Assembly (NCBI RefSeq): GCF_963853765.1 | Contig: NC_088857.1 | Location: 8,804,001 to 8,868,000, forward strand | Length of the DNA stretch: 64,000 nucleotides | Direction of reading: 5' to 3' | Source: Magallana gigas | Lineage: Eukaryota | Shown: in pieces, positions 36,401-49,562 of the stretch | Numbering within the stretch: the first letter of the stretch is position 1 | How the letters are laid out: each line of letters opens with the position of its first letter | Notes under the pieces: model-generated | Told to the model about the DNA's origin: nothing | Database searches by the model: none | What the model saw: only the letters and a program-made list of their open reading frames with translations | Translations under genes and position numbers: made by a program

Positions 36401-38885
36401 TGTGAGAGCTGGGTCATGGTGTTCGCTTCTTATTTTTCTTCCTAAAGTGGATTTATCATTTTTTGATATATATTTTTTCTCAATATACGTAAGTATGTTT
36501 CAATGTTTCCCTTTTTAAAGGAGATTTTATTGAATTATGAATAATACCTTGTAAAGTTTTCAAACTATATTACATTGATGATGTCCTATTCTAAAATTTT
36601 TTTTTTTTTTTTTGACTTTTGTTTCGTTTTGGTTTTTTTTTTTTGTTGAAAATTAATGTTTTTACCTTTAGGTGACAAATTAAAAAATGTTTTGAAATGA
36701 GTCGTAAAACTATTTAATTTTTTTAAATTCTGATTGATATTCGACACACATGTATAGATATTAAAGGTGTACTGGTGTAAAATTGATGTTTAATTGTTTG
36801 GCATAGCATTGAAAAGTCAAAAGTAAACGACAAAGTGTGTTGTCTTGCATGGTATACTAGTAATTATTTTCTTTTGATCTTACAACTTACAGTTTAAGTA
36901 TGCGTGTCGAATAAAATAACCAACCACCACTTTATTGGTTAACATTTGCTGTAATTAACTACTATCTTTGGTAATTAATGAATTAATTATTGGATCGGTA
37001 ACCACAGATCTTATATTTTTGACCGTGGCAATAACGCTTCCTAATTTCTATAACTGACGAATCCCACTTTGTTAGGGTTTTGTCTCGTAACACATTGCGT
37101 GAGAAGAATTACAAAAGTTTTCCCGCACTAATTACTCTTTTTGAAATTAGTAAGATACAAATAAAGATACATATTGATACAGGTTTTGATATATTATTAA
37201 GGTCGTACCCTCCGTTGTCTGAAGATTATAAATGTGTCTTATTTCCTGGAGAAATCGTCGTAAGATGCTAATGCAGGCTAATTGAATCAGAAAATATCTG
37301 TGAGAATGATCGATATCATCAGCGTTTTTAAACATTATCGTTACCACAACGGTGTTATAATCGTATCGAAATTACAACGTTTCCCATTTATGATATGACA
37401 TACATTGCATACAGTGTTGTTAAACAATGTAAAGCGACACAAAAACGTTTTTAAAACTTAAATCCTGATCGAAAATCAGAAACTTTGAAATATTACATCC
37501 CTATTTGGTATAAGTTCTGCAGATAAAATCATATACAATGTATAGCGACATATATTTTTGTTCGTTCTTGTGCTACATCAGTAATAAGTCTATACATGGT
37601 TTTGTCGCGGTTGGTGAACGGCATGTATACCTGCGGTTTCCATGTTCTTTCATTATCGATACAATCAATCATATAAACGTTATCAATAATCGATTGTCAA
37701 AAAAAACCAGAACTCAATTTTATCACAATCACAAAGTTTCTGTATGAATGAATATTTATTTCGACCTCATCTATAGTCATAAAAAGGTTCTTTAAGGACG
37801 ATTTTTAATTCATTCTTTCAACTTTAATTAAAATCTATGGAATTCCGATCTCTCCACACTTTTTAAGTGTGTTTTAATCAAGAGCGTTCTTGCGTTCAAT
37901 TGATAGGACATTCATTAAAAAATATGACTATTATATTCGTTTTGGATAAGATTCTGACATTCTTTTTCGCTTTTGCACTCGACCCGTTTGCCGTGATGAT
38001 ATAATGGGGTCATTTTTGGTTTGACGCACATATTCCTATTGTTATGTTTGGGAAAAGTTAAATATCGAAGCGAAGGCAGCAGTGCATTCTACCTATGACA
38101 TTGTCGATTTCTTGATGTACGTTGGTCAGCGGCGTCAACTATTTTGTGACATTTTCGCGCCACCAACGCCTTACACCTGGTAAATAAGTGAGCAAATATA
38201 TGATGTATTTGATTGATTCGGTAGAGAAATATGCCTATTTATTTACGATCAAGCGACAATAATGCCTTTCCTCTCCCTTCATAAATCTACAAAGTCATTC
38301 AGAATTCCTGTACAACTTCTAAACATTGTATAAACGTTTTTCAATTATCAACCAATTCAACAATTGAACAATATATAGTATTATCATTTTACGAATTTAT
38401 CTAACTAACGAGGCATGAATATGTGAGAGAGAGGAATTATCAAACATAATTATGCTCTGCAATCATATGCACCCTAATGCTCTAAAGTATTACGAATTAC
38501 AAACTATCCAACTTCCGCAACTCCTAAAATCTTTCTTAAATTCCTATTGATTATATAATGGGAAAAGAACTCAAGCTAGAGATATTTTGTGCCAGATGTT
38601 GCTTTACTTGCGCGAAATACACGTGATACTAGAGTGCACCAATCCCCTTTTGATATTTAAATGAATAAAGTCACCTTGACACTTTCCTGCCAATCAGTTT
38701 TGACTTTTGGCCTCTAATTTCCATTTTGTCACATCAAAAAAAAAAAATACATAAAAAATCGTAATCAATTTATTTCATTCGCTTCTTCCCATTGCAACTT
38801 GCCACAACTTATTTCAAAAACTCCCATTGATGAAAGGTATTTTAGAAATCAACTTGTTTTTCTTATTGCAGATTTAAAGGAAAAG

Positions 38886-41800
38886 ATGGACTTACATACA
38901 AGTCTTCCATTTGTTAGCATAATCTTCATGCTGTGCTGTGGTTTTGTCCATTGTGACACCGAGGATGCAACTGAAAATGTTGAATCTGTGATGACACATG
39001 CGCCAATTGTTTCGGACTCTCCGGTTGGACAATATCAAACAACAGTTGGCGGTGGTGAATATACAGACTATCAGGAGGATGATAATATGTATCTCTTTGG
39101 AGATTATTTTAACAAACAAGATATGGACGACAATCAAAACGCTGCACAAGCAGACGACAGATCAGCCACTCAGTCTTTCAATGTCGCTGATTCTCACACA
39201 ATTTCAAATAACGTAGTGCAAGTTACAGAATCTCCTGACTTTATCGAAGATTCAGAAGAAGCAGATGACCTAGGGGCTTATGACAAGGACTACGGTACTG
39301 AAGCGACTCAAATGGAGGCAAACGAAGGAAGTCGCGTGGCTGAAGGGGCTCAGTCAGATAGCGCCGGAGGAGATAGCACAGAGACCAGTGGTAGCGGGTC
39401 TTCGTCTTCTTCTGGAGAAACCAAACAATTTGGCGGTGGTGATAGTAATAATGGTAATTCCAAAAATAGCGATAGCAAGAGTTCAAGCGAAAATTCTGGT
39501 AGTTCCTCAAGTGGAACAGACGACAATGGATCAGGAGGGAATGGTAAGGATGATGGAAATGATATCGTAGATGTAGAGACCTATCATAACCTTCAGGGTT
39601 TAGCATCGTCTGAGGACAGTTCTTATTCCGACGAAAGTTCCGGAGAAAGCGGTACGAAGAAGAAAAATTGTAAATGTAAGAAAAATAAAAATGGTAAAGG
39701 AGGCGATTTTGGAAGTGATGATAGTAGTGATGACAGTAGTGAAGATCAGAGTAGCAGCAGTGGATCGGGAAGCGGAAATAGAGACAAAGATAAGTCGAGG
39801 GAAGGTAACTATGGAGACCAAGGAGACTCGAGCAGTGACGAGAGTAATTACGACTCGTACGACAGTGAGGATCACGAAAGCAGCAGCGAGAGTAGGGAAC
39901 AACCGGACAAACCGGATATCCCTGACTATGATAAACAACGAACCGGCAACGGTCTAGATAGAAGTAAGAGACGAGTCTAATCTGATCTTCTTTTTACCTT
40001 TGAAAATTGTCTGATTATTGGTAATCAAATAGAATTTGATGTATGAAATATATTTGATCAACAGACAAAACAGTCAGCTATGATATCTAAAAATACATAT
40101 AGAATTGACTATGCGTGGTGTAGGGATTATGAATGTGAATGACGATGTTATTTATCATTTATGATAATATATTTAGGATGGTTTGCATGTAAAATATACA
40201 CATGGTTAAAGCTTTGGAATGTTCTTTCCTTATTGCATGGGTCTCTCTTTCAGATCGTAATGAATACACCACTTCAATTCACCGATTCTTTACTAGCAAA
40301 ACCAACACCCTTTTCAATGTTGTGAACAAATTAACTTCGAATACTCCGAACACCCCTTCTAGTCCCGGAGGAGGCGATGTTAGTCTACGGACAAACTATC
40401 GACTGTCTTATCAACCAAAATCTACTCCATCTACAACAACTGCAAAATCATATATCATTAATTTAACGACTACGCCCCCACCACTCGGCGGGGACCCGCC
40501 TAACGTAAAGGATATAACAGATCAGAGTGTTCCAAAATGGTTTAGAGACTACATACCGAAACGGGAGTATGTTGAGCAGCCAATTGCTCGCGATTACATC
40601 CTCACTCCCAGAACCTCGTTCTGGGAGCCACCTGATGTCGCTAAGCCCCCTGATTGGCAGGAACAGAAAGAGTGGATCAATATCAAAATTAACCTCGAGA
40701 AACCAGCCGATTGGATAGATGATCCAAACTCAAACGGAAGCATTCCTCATTGGAACATTCCTTATATTCCCCCTGATTGGTTTAAAAAGAATAACGAGAA
40801 ACTGACCACTGAATTTCATTTTGAGCTGACAACACCCAGTCCAAAAACGGTGCGTTGGACACCAAAACCAGAGGGTGTTGACAGAACTACCCACGTCCCA
40901 GAGTATCTTGCAAAGAAACGAGGTAAACTAATTTAAATAATCTCAGTAGGCTTTCAAACATTTATATTGCAGGAAGACGTTTCATTCGATCGCTAACCAG
41001 AAAGACCCGATGTCGAATAAAAAATGCAGTTGGTAATTGCATGAGGGCATGACTCAAACTGCATGAAGTTGAATGATTTTGCATTTCTTTTATTTGAATG
41101 CTTTGTTTGAGGGTATATAGTGATTTTCTGAAAATATTTTTTTGTTTTACGGTATAAAGAAAATGGAGATATTTGGATTCTCCTCTCGATTCTAAAAAAC
41201 TTTCAGACTTAGAAAAGCTAAATGATACTTTTTTTGCTTGTAGTAGAAATGAACTTGTTTTACAAACATTAAAAAGTTGATAGTGTTTAATGATTTTCTT
41301 TGGTTTTATAAGTCAGGTTTATAGACATGACCATATTTACTTGCGCATGCGCGCTCTTGTAGAAAAGCGTTAAATGATGTTCCAATAAATAGGAAACCAG
41401 AAATTACAGTTCAATTAAAAGTTTACAACAGCTATCAATTCTTGTATGCCTGTCATTTGACGGCGCGGCATTTAATTGATCGTGTAAAATGAAATATGCA
41501 AAAGTCTTCAATTTTAGTTCAATAACATCAAAAAGATATAACTGTCAATTACATAGAAAGGGTTAAGTGCAAAGAATGTTTTCCATAATGTTTCCTTTAG
41601 TTATGAAGATAATGTATGCAATGTTTACAATGTATTATCCATTAAAAAATAATTTTCGGTAGAAACTAATAAATAAACCTGCTTTGTTTACAGTTTGTGA
41701 CAGGACATTTGACATCGTGTTGGCAATAGATGGCACCGGGAACGAAAAGGACTTTGGGTACCTAAAGGGGGCCATAGTTCAGCTCTTGGATCGTTTAATC

Positions 41801-44800
41801 ATGGGGGAAGATAAGGTCAAGGTCGGAGTCGTGTTGCTTGGTAACACTGATGGATTGCAGATTCCCATTAGTGGAAATCGGGTAGAATTAGAAGATCAAG
41901 TTGCAAGATTAGGGTTACCCGAGGACAGCAACAGATATGATATTGGTATGTTATACTCACCAACAGATATGATTTTTGGCATTTTATATTCACCATTTCT
42001 TTAAATGTATTTCTTTGTATAGGTTTATTATTATCTTAATTATAAAGTTGCGTACCTTTTTGTATTTGACGCTTATTTTGTCTATTGAAATGGTCCCCTT
42101 TTAATTTATGTTATAAAAAAATGTTGTGGTCACCGTAATGATTCGTTTTTCTTACAGCACTGAAGTCAGCGGGTGAACTCCTTGAAAGGGAAGGAAGAGA
42201 AGGGATTCCGAAAGTCGCCATAATGATTGTGAATGGAAAATCCAGATACCAGTATCACACCCGAATGGAGGCTGCGCGTCTCCATAGAAGTGGAATCTCC
42301 GTCTTTACTGTCGGCGTCGGATACAACACCGATGAAGAAGAACTAAAGACGATTTCTTCAAGTCAAAACGAGGTTATCCGGGTCAAAAACTATATTCACC
42401 TGGTGTATCTAATGACTGGGTACGTGCAACTGTTCTGTAACGTAGAAGATAATTACCTTACTCCGCCAACACTCGCTCCACCACACCAAACGGCCACACC
42501 CAAAGCCAAAATAATCGCCAAGTTAACCACGGACGTCATGTCAGAGCCAAGTCCAAGAGAAGCTAAAGGTACCGCTTTCATTTATTTTCTGTTTTTCATG
42601 TCTTATTTACTTTTCTTTCTGGCGAAGCTTAATATATTTATCAGATTTGACTAGATATTTGTTTGTTTCTGCAGTTCTTTGTGAGGGTTGCAAAATGATA
42701 AATGGAGCCGGATTCAACAGTCATCCCAATGAATGCGACTTATTCGTCCATTGCTATTTCGGAGAACTAGGACTTCGAGCAATCATCAGGAAATGCCCGT
42801 TTGGACAGTTCTGGAATCAGACGATATTATCCTGTGAATACTCTGAAAGAGCTTATTGTCCAATGGGTAAGTACAATTTGCATTTGTTAAAACTCTGTGG
42901 CAACAAGCGTTTAGAATTCATTTTCTGAATACTTTGATTTTGTTTTTTATAGATCGCTGTGCTTACATAAAAGACCGGGATTATGAAGCCTCAGAAAACT
43001 GTCGCGCATACTGGGAGTGTTCGAATGGTCATTCTAGAGGGAAGTGTTGTAGGTATGGATACCGCTACGTCAGAGGAGAAGGGTGCGCCCTGGACAGCGA
43101 CAACATTTGCAAAGAAAGCTGTCCGATGGAAATGCCTACGGATCTTCATTCGTATAACAATGGTAAATGTTTGGAGTTGAATGACCATGTTTCGAATGAA
43201 AGCATTTTAATACAAAATATTCGCAAAATTATCAATATCTGTTAACTTATTTTAAAATAGCTCCAGCCCAATCTTGTGATAAAATTCCAATCGCCAATGA
43301 TAGGAGCCACTACCAGCAGTTACTTCCGGGAACAGGGTATGTGACAATGCCATGCGCAGAGGGTACCCACTATAATGAGAGAAAGTGCACATGTACCGAC
43401 CAGGAGCCAAGTTATCCAACATTTAAGGAGCCACTTGTGCAAGAACCACCAGCTGGTAAGATAATTGATAATCATTAATTTAGTGTATCGCATAAACAAT
43501 GGAATACTAGTACTAGTATACACAATTTTAGATTATACTTGTTTGTATCAATTTTGATGGGTATTAAAAATTTTAAAATTGTTGATATTTCCTTTCGACA
43601 GGTTGTCGACCAGAAGTAAAATTAGACTTTAAAAATGGTGTCACTGATTCTTCCGGTAAATGGACCTATGTAAACAACCAAGGAGTTTTGATACAGAATG
43701 GAGAGGCGATATTCAACGGAGACAGTCGCTTACTGATTCCTAGATTCACAAATGTTGAATTTGGTAAAACATTTGTGATTCGCCTTCGGTATAAGGAAGA
43801 AGAAAAGTTGAAATTCAACGAGTCCCAGGCATTAGTTAACAATGGTGACTGTGGTGATTTTGGGTCCATACAGATTTTCACGAAAAGAAATTCTATTGGC
43901 TATGTCGTGAAAACTACGAAAGAACCTAGCCATGTTTCATTACAAATTCATAAACCAGTAAGTATTTAGAAAAAACAGTTATTGAATATATGCTGTCCCT
44001 TTTTTATTCTTTATGGGGATTTCATGCTAATGAGTTTCCTTCTCTGTTTCAGCACGGGGAGTGGAAAGATGTGGAATATGTAGTCTCTGACGGAAAGTTT
44101 GAAGGTTACTTAAATGGAGTTCAGGCAACAAAATGGTCAATGGGTATGTCATCTGTTCACGTGTACCCTTCCTAGCTATTTTGATAGGTTGACCTTGTAA
44201 AATCATGATTTTTCTGACAAATAGTATGTTCATGTATGTTTCTAACATTGCAGGATCTGTAGAATCAAGGCAGTGTGCCGTACAAATAGGATTTGGACAC
44301 GGCTATAACAATTTTAGAGGTCGTTTATCTTTGGTAGGTATAATCTGTATATTGGAGTCTTTTAATATTTATATATCTTTACAAAAAGTACTTGATAATT
44401 AAATCTTAATTGTTTTCAAGATGAAGAATATGTTAGGATATTGTTTATGCGGTTTGAAATTACAAAAATTAATGCAAAATACTGCATTATTCATAAGCGC
44501 ATTAAAATACCACACAGGTATAGTTTATTCATCAAAGACATACATGTATTGCCACTTCAATTTCCTTTCGTCTGTTTCTGTCCAATTGTGGCTGTTGTAT
44601 AGCCAAACACCGAAATATTTGTCTTTGTAGTATATAGACACGACAAACACTGTGTTATGACTGGAATTGACAACACTGTCAATCAAAATTGGTAGTTTGG
44701 CGCGTAGTTTTCCGTAAAACCAATCAACCGTAACAATCGATAAATAGAAGTCTTGTGTTTTATGTTGGTCATACACATAAATGGACACAAGCAGTATTAA

Positions 44801-45054
44801 AACAAACATAAATAACATCGTAGGTGAAATTGTCATTAAAGACGCATTCGTCATAAAATTCCGCCCAACGTTTTGTTGATCAATAATTTATCACCCATAC
44901 ATGTATGTAATGTATAATACATGTAGTTAATGAATTTTAAATATTACGGTACCACACACCTGGATGTTAATAAAATATAATAGTGAAACATTTTTTTTCT
45001 TTACAGCTTGAAATTTATCTCTGTAAACCAGAGAAAGCTATGAAGTATTCTTGA
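38886..45054 (+). CDS. Pif/BMSP-like shell-matrix protein, ~1193 aa: signal peptide, Asp/Ser/Gly-rich region, Thr/Pro/Trp-rich region, VWA, 2-3 chitin-binding (CBM14-like) modules, LamG/ConA-like domain
   Basis: Exons 38886-39963, 40254-40922, 41694-41945, 42158-42568, 42675-42866, 42953-43162, 43261-43455, 43602-43957, 44053-44143, 44254-44333, 45007-45054 (3582 nt, in phase). VWA: FDIVLAIDGTG..KVKVGVVL..IPKVAIMIVNGKS..ISVFTVGVG. CBM14: HPNECDLFVHC..RKCPFGQFWNQTILSC. LamG-like: AIFNGDSRLLIPRF..CAVQIGFGHGYNNFRG. AATAAA at 45217-45222. The join of exon 1 to exon 2 is the least certain part. Confidence 0.85.
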
Positions 45055-48000
45055 TAGACTCTCCATCCACTATGACGAGAAATCCACACTAGGAGGAAAA
45101 GGCACCTATCTACACTGAGCATGCGCAGACCATCATACATCAATCACGGGGCGCCTTTATTCAAAGTGCATCAGGATATTCTGATCGTCACGAAATCCTA
45201 CTCACTTTGATCAAGAAATAAACTGAGCTTTGTCATTTCTATTTACTCCAAAAGCAGCTGTTTCCTTGCATTCATTTGTACAGTGTGTGTATATATACCT
45301 CATATATGTTGAAAATTACAACTTTCCGTTATGTGTCATAACAGTTATTACGGATAATCATGATTTGACTGAAGATATGGATGAACATACGTTTAAATGA
45401 CGGACAAACCAGACTCCAGCAAAATAGAAGAGCTACGTAATACAGTGCTGGTCCATTCCTGTTTTCTCTGCAACTGTTCATGATTATGTCTGACATTACT
45501 AACTTTATACTTCATTGTGATAGTTTGAATATGAAATATTATTAATAATATACAAAGTATTTGTTTCGAGAAAACTGTTTCCTTTACTTGTCTCATGTGT
45601 TGTATTAAACTATATGATACTCTCTATTTTTCTGTATGACTTTAATGCGCAATTAAATCTGTATCAGTCCTGTACAGTGTAGGCACTTTTTACACGGTAC
45701 CCCCTCGATCCTGATTTAAAATAAAACCGTTTACAAACAGTCCATATTTGCTTAAATAGATATGTTTAACAACTACGATATTCGCATAATGAATTAAGTA
45801 AGATAAAAATTAGGTTTCTTTAAATCATGTAGCTGTTACATGCACCATCTTTCCTAGTATGTATAATGTTTATTAAATACTTGCTCGTCAAGTAAAAGAA
45901 TATCAATGAAATCGTGCCATTATCAAAACTACATTAGCATGATTCATATGTACATTATAAGAGAGAAATGCAACGTTTTTTAAAATCAATTTTCAAAGAA
46001 AACCTAAAGTAAAAAAAAAAGTAATGACACGTTACATGACGTCAACAGATAGTCAACAAATGTATTTTAAAAATAGACGAATAAGAAACTTATAAACAAC
46101 TTAACTGTCCATAAAAACATTTCAATTATTTTTGTAAATCTTGTTTTAATTAAGTTGCTTATTTTGGGAAGTAAATACAGACTGTAATACTGCGCAGTAA
46201 AAATTATTTTGTTTGCAACAAATGCGTTAAATTTTATTTTATCAAATTGATCTTTATTTTGGAACCACATTTTCTCAAATATTTCAATATTTCAAGTATA
46301 TCAAACCTTTATTGAGGGAACTTAACATCACAGCACATAGACTTAGCATTCATTTTTAAATTAATTTTCGCAAAAGGTATTAACCTTTAGTACTGATTTT
46401 CAATTTACTAACGTCAAAATGTTAAATTTAGAACGCACCTTAATTCAACCAAAAGAAAAAGACAAATTAACATCAACCTCAATTTCAAAAATCCGTACAA
46501 CCGGCTAAACTGAAACGTCATTAGTACAAGAACTTCACCAAAGTGTGCCTTGGGTTCACAAATCAAAAAGACCACAACCGCATCTTGTTATTAACATATA
46601 TATGTATATTTATAATCCTCTCCTTTTGAAAAAAAAATTAATTATCTTCTGTGTGAATTTCATACTTATTTTCAAATATATTCAAAAGTTCTCAATAGTC
46701 TTGTAGACCTGTCAAGAAATATTCAAAATATCTGAGACATCAAACTGAAAAACAGAATCTACAATTTGTGTACATTGTTGTTGAGTAAATCTTAACGCTG
46801 TCTTCATTAAAAGTGAAATTAAGGTAAACGGTTTTTGGAAACATATCTTATGTTGCTGGTACGTCATGAAAAACCGGTTGTGTCTCTCCGAGGACATAGG
46901 TACATGTAGCACTCAGTGACTGCTGTGAAATGAAGTTGAGAGTTCTTTTTGGGTTTTTTTTTTTGTTTTTGGCACATTCATATCAAGGCTTTGCTCAAAT
47001 GAAAACAATTTTCCAAAAAGAAGCCAAATTCTCAATTGAAATTCGCAGTTTTAGCATACTGCAGTACATGTACCTTATTGGGAAAATTTAACAGAAATCG
47101 CCTATTTACAAAAAAAATAACAAAAAGGACCCATTGAATTTTCTCTTTGTCGGAGGATTAATGTTCCTAAAAATAGTAAAAATAATTTAGGTTACAGAGG
47201 CTGGGACGGGGGGGGGGGGGGGGGGTAGCGTGTTTATTTTTAATATCGTTATACATGTAATATTGCTCTACTGTAAAAGAAAACATTTCGCACAGAGATC
47301 AATGTTGGCGTCTTAAATAGCACCGAATGTCAAATGAACGGAGTCCATACAATTTTGCAAAGTACAATGATTTTGGAAGAAGTTGAGCCGATTCCTGCAA
47401 AAGTTCTCCCCAGCCATTCTACCTAATGAGAACGACAAAGTTTAACCTTCCTTAAACCTGAATAAATCACTGTCCTGGTGAAGCAATCATTTGTCTTCTA
47501 CCTGTGTTTTGTTATATTTTTACATATGTTCTCCAAATCTTGTGTCATGTTTGTGCATCTTGCTCTTCAAAACTTGACACTTTTATTTGCATTTCATTTG
47601 CAGGATGTTAAGGGGTTTGTACTGGTTTCTTTCTGCTGAAAAACTCATCAAGAAGAGTGTTTCAAATTAATTAACACATATTTTGAATTCAACAATTTTA
47701 ATATTGAGCAGATTATTAAACCACATGAAATGCGTTAGATTTGTGTGTGCTATGTAAACAGCTTAAATTAGCATTAAAATGCAATACGCCCATAAAGTTA
47801 CATAACATTTGTATTAAAAACTCCAACATTAAACAAAATAAATTGACATGAAAAGCAACACTACAAATAAAAATCAACCTGAAAAAGATATGAATATTCT
47901 AACAGACTTTAAAAACCTTATGAAAAAAATGCCCCATATCTTAAAATTTCAAAATGACTCAATACAAAAATTACTTGCATAAAAATCATCTACAGCTTCT

Positions 48001-49562
48001 ACAATAGTCTATTCATCATGTAATAATCAAAATAGCTGCATAAAAGATGTTAAGAGTCTGAAATTCTTTAAAACTGATTTCTTATAACGCATATTATGTA
48101 AAATAATTATCTGTTGTAGAAAATCCACAAATAAATAATAAATCATCAGCTAGTATCCCTTTAAATGAATTGATTACTTTCTTCTTCCTCTTTTTTGAAA
48201 CAAAATAAGAATTTATAGATTCACAAAACTGACCTTACTACATACCATGTGTATCAGAATTTGGAGCAAATTAACTCATGCTTCAAAGGACTTAATTAAT
48301 TATTTATTTAACATGGATCTCCCATTAAATTGAAACTTTGGATTATAAGATGATGGATAAAAACCACGAAACGTTATCAGAATTCAAGCCTCACAAGGCG
48401 TTCTCTCAATAAACGTGTCAAACACTAATTATTTCCTCTAAAAATCAAACGAAAAACTATCAGAATTCAAATCGCACTATTAGTTAACATTAATTATGAT
48501 AAATGTTTTAAAAACCCAAACACATCCATGAAAAATCGTGTCGTACATGTATATATTACTAATAATAAATTTCTTAGTTCTCCTCTTTTAATAAATAACA
48601 ATTGGTTGAATTCTTCAGTTTTTTCATTCCAAGATGTCAAAAGACAAACAAACGGTAGAATAGCAAAACCAAATTATTGGTACAAGGGTAAATAGGCCAC
48701 ATCAATCATTATGGGATCCATGCAATGGTTATAAAATGTAATACACACTCATAGCTCTGTATGATATAGGCCATATTAAATGGCACTGAAGCAATTGTTT
48801 CTTTTAGTTTGCTGTATTTATTGTTAATTTTTTTATTTGATTTTGGTTTACATTGTAAAAAATTATATGCGTTACATGTACATGTTAAAATGTAATTGAA
48901 CTTTAAGCACCAAATTATGGTCAACAATACAGGAAATACAAGTATTATTTAAATTTCAACATTTCTTATTACCTCTTAAATGCATATAAGATGTAAATAT
49001 GGACATTGATACCAAGTTCCAGTATATCTTCGATAACAATACTATTATACATTTGCTGTAGTTAATGGCTATCATTATGTTTTAGAATATCAAAGATGTG
49101 AGCACAAGGCTATTGATATTGCACAAATTACATGAATAAATATTATAAAAGAAGAAATTGTTTTACGGTATTTTGTGAGTTATAAGTTAATTAAACCTAT
49201 TATTCAAATAAATTGATCATCTTCAGAATCACATACCTGGTATGTATCAAATCTTGAGAGCGCAGTTTTTAAAATCTAATTAAAATATGATTAAGTCATT
49301 ATAAAGATTGTTACTCTGAAATGAAACTACAGTCAGGGCTCTGAGTGTTAGACACTACTGATTTCAACAACAATTAATGGTGTAAGGAAGCTAGGATTGG
49401 TTGGCACTCTGGAAACAGAAATCTATCTGTGTAAGTTAGTAGGTACATGTAACTCACTAACAAATTGAGATCACTTAAAACACAAACAAGGTGACTAAAG
49501 ATCATTTAAAATTCTCGGTCAGTTCAAAGAATCAAAGTAGTAGTAGTGTTTTGAATGCCTAA

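Noticed and set aside
39961-39980. Furin-like RSKR at the end of the unspliced acidic ORF
   Set aside because: SKR is produced by the A|GTAAG donor itself; not evidence of processing unless intron retention is shown.
40202-40253. MVKALECSFLIAWVSLS as an independent signal peptide
   Set aside because: Coincides with the polypyrimidine tract and AG of an in-phase acceptor; kept only as the alternative model if exon 1 proves separate.
44525-44854. 109-aa hydrophobic antisense ORF in the last Pif-like intron
   Set aside because: No motif or splice support; probably chance or repeat-derived.
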